64,000 bases of DNA from Macrostomum hystrix. Its lineage: Eukaryota > Animalia > Platyhelminthes. A program made the position numbers and the translations under genes. Numbering within the stretch: position 1 is the stretch's first letter; the number at the start of each line of letters is the position of its first letter. The notes under the pieces were generated by a model, which saw only the letters and a list, made by a program, of their open reading frames with translations, made no database searches and had not been told where the DNA came from. Positions 62,350-64,000 of the stretch are shown here, in pieces. The stretch covers positions 6,014,001 through 6,078,000 of the forward strand of contig CATNEN010000038.1 in the NCBI GenBank assembly GCA_950097015.1, given 5' to 3'.

Positions 62350-63000
62350 TTGCCTAGAGTTGAGCATCTTGGTGCGGCCGGGTTGCCCCGACCATCCGGG
62401 TCACCACGAACAAGCGATGCTCGTGAACGCGGTCCCCGTCAGAGGGCCGCGCAACCCTGTTGGGGTTCTACTCCACTCAGAGCGCCTTTTTCTCCTCGGA
62501 CACGCACGAGGCTACCTGGCAGCCCTCTATTACCCTGAACGCGGAGGTCATGCCTTTCAATGACAGCCCGCGGTTCCTTGGAGTTTACCTCGACCGTTCT
62601 CTGGCCTTCCAGAAGCAGGTTAACGAGGTCCGCCGTGCGGTCGGCAAATGGCGCCGCATGCTGGTGTGTCTGTCTGCGAGGGTGTGGGGCTGGCCTAAAG
62701 AGGCTCTCCACTCCCGATGAGTGTCCTCCACTACGCTGCTCCGGCCTAGCAAACCTGGCTGGCCGACTGCGCAGTTGCTCGGCTGCAACGTGCGCAGAAC
62801 AACGCGCTCCGCATTGTCATTGGACAGCTGCGTACCACGCCGACTCAGGCCCTTCATCGCGAGGCAGGAATTCGCACCGTCGCCACCACCAGGGACCAGC
62901 TTTGCCTTGCCGTATACGAGAAAGCTTTGCGACTTTGCGACTTCCAGCTGATCACCCGCGGCGTATGACTGCCGTGCCTCTCGTCGTGCACCGCACTGAG
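62350..63000 (+). mobile_element. Non-LTR retrotransposon remnant (Ingi/I-group, RT C-terminal part), pseudogenised
   Basis: FLGVYLDRSLAF..VWGW, SVLHYAAPA*, RLQRAQNNALRIVIG..TPTQALHREAG, LPADHP; contains a stop and frameshifts. Confidence 0.82.
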
Positions 63001-63043
63001 AGGGGAAGTATTGGCTGCTCAAAATGCTCAGCGTATAGTTACA

Positions 63044-63305
63044 ATGCAGCAGCAACCGCCACAGTTACTGTATCATCATCAGCAACAACAACAACAACAG
63101 CAGCAGCAACAACAGCAGCAACAACAGCAGCAATCGGATCCGTGCGTGGGCAATTCTCCATTCGCTTCTTTTCGTCGCTGGCCTTTCGAATATGACAATT
63201 TCATGACCCGGCGCGACAAAGACTCCATCATTGGCATCCAATGCCGGGTGCTAGAGAGAGAGATGGAACATCCGGTTACCTCCGATTATCTGGCGACTAG
63301 AGCAG
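63044..63305 (+). CDS. Probable exon of a Pat1/PATL-like mRNA-decay factor (polyQ plus mid-domain motif)
   Basis: polyQ then YDNFMTRRDKDSIIGIQCRVL..HPVTSDY, resembling the Pat1 motif Y.xLMT.RDKD.I..xQ...P..dDFY; ends at donor CAG|GTGAAT. Other exons not identified. Confidence 0.5.
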
Positions 63306-64000
63306 GTGAATTCTCTTAACAGTAGGACTACCAAGCCATTTTGCCGCCCGCTTTTATGCCAAGAGGGAATTTCTCCCCCCCCCCCTGCATTTTTTTCAAG
63401 CACGCTGCACAAGACAGGAACGGAGAGATATTATCGGTTGGGCTCTGGGGAGCAGGACCGGCGCTACTGTAGAAGCGAAGGCAGGAAATGATCTGCTTAA
63501 AACAATCACGCGAGAGTGAGTGCAGCTGAGCCAAAAAGGGCAGTGAACCACGGGATCTTTTGTCCAGTAGGAACTAATCTCAGGCTTGCCATCAGCGCCC
63601 CCAGCGTGCCAGCAGCTTCCTCACCTCATCCAAACAACAAACTTTCCATCTACACACCACCTTTGGCAGCTCATCGACGGACCTCGCAGGTCCCAGCAAC
63701 AGAGAACAAATGCCCCCCAGCAACAGAGAATTAATGCCCCAGCAATGGTGAACTAATGCCCCCCCAGCAACAGACAATTATAGGTAATAAGCTATAGTAG
63801 TAAACTTAGACCTTTGCTCTGAGGTAAACGCGAAGCTCGTCAAACTCAAGTTGCAAAGAGAAAAAAAAAACTTTTTCTTAACACGCTCGTAGTGTATTTT
63901 TCTGGTAGTCAAAGCTTTTTTGTCTATGGCTTTTTGGGTTGACTGCGCAGCTCGATACTCGAGTGCTATTTATAGTCAATGCATTAAATGCTATCAAAGT

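Overview
Repeat-rich eukaryotic (animal) genomic DNA, most likely from a free-living flatworm such as Macrostomum. That assignment is an inference from the npp-1-like neuropeptide, GT-AG introns and extreme minisatellite density. I reconstructed spliced genes by hand: a PSFVRLamide neuropeptide precursor (+), a 3-exon sphingolipid delta-4 desaturase (-), a 2-exon atypical Rho-family GTPase (-), an 8-exon ZIFL-like MFS transporter (-), a 5'-incomplete VWDE-like VWD/EGF protein with a GPI-type tail (+), and a probable Pat1-like exon (+). About 40% of the window is tandem repeat (4-, 15-, 16-, 19-, 20-, 22-, 31-, 41- and 80-83-bp units). Mobile DNA includes a tRNA-derived SINE family (at least 7 copies), BEL/Pao remnants with a 3' LTR, an Ingi/I-type LINE remnant, a MITE, a probable Helitron and hairpin-rich elements. 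Highlights: (1) a ~4.7-kb TIR element inside a (GTCT)n tract that carries a spliced chromodomain gene invisible in the ORF track; (2) the 13-copy neuropeptide precursor; (3) a SINE insertion that duplicated a 5' splice site of the MFS gene; (4) an ~11-kb foldback/satellite complex upstream of the neuropeptide gene.
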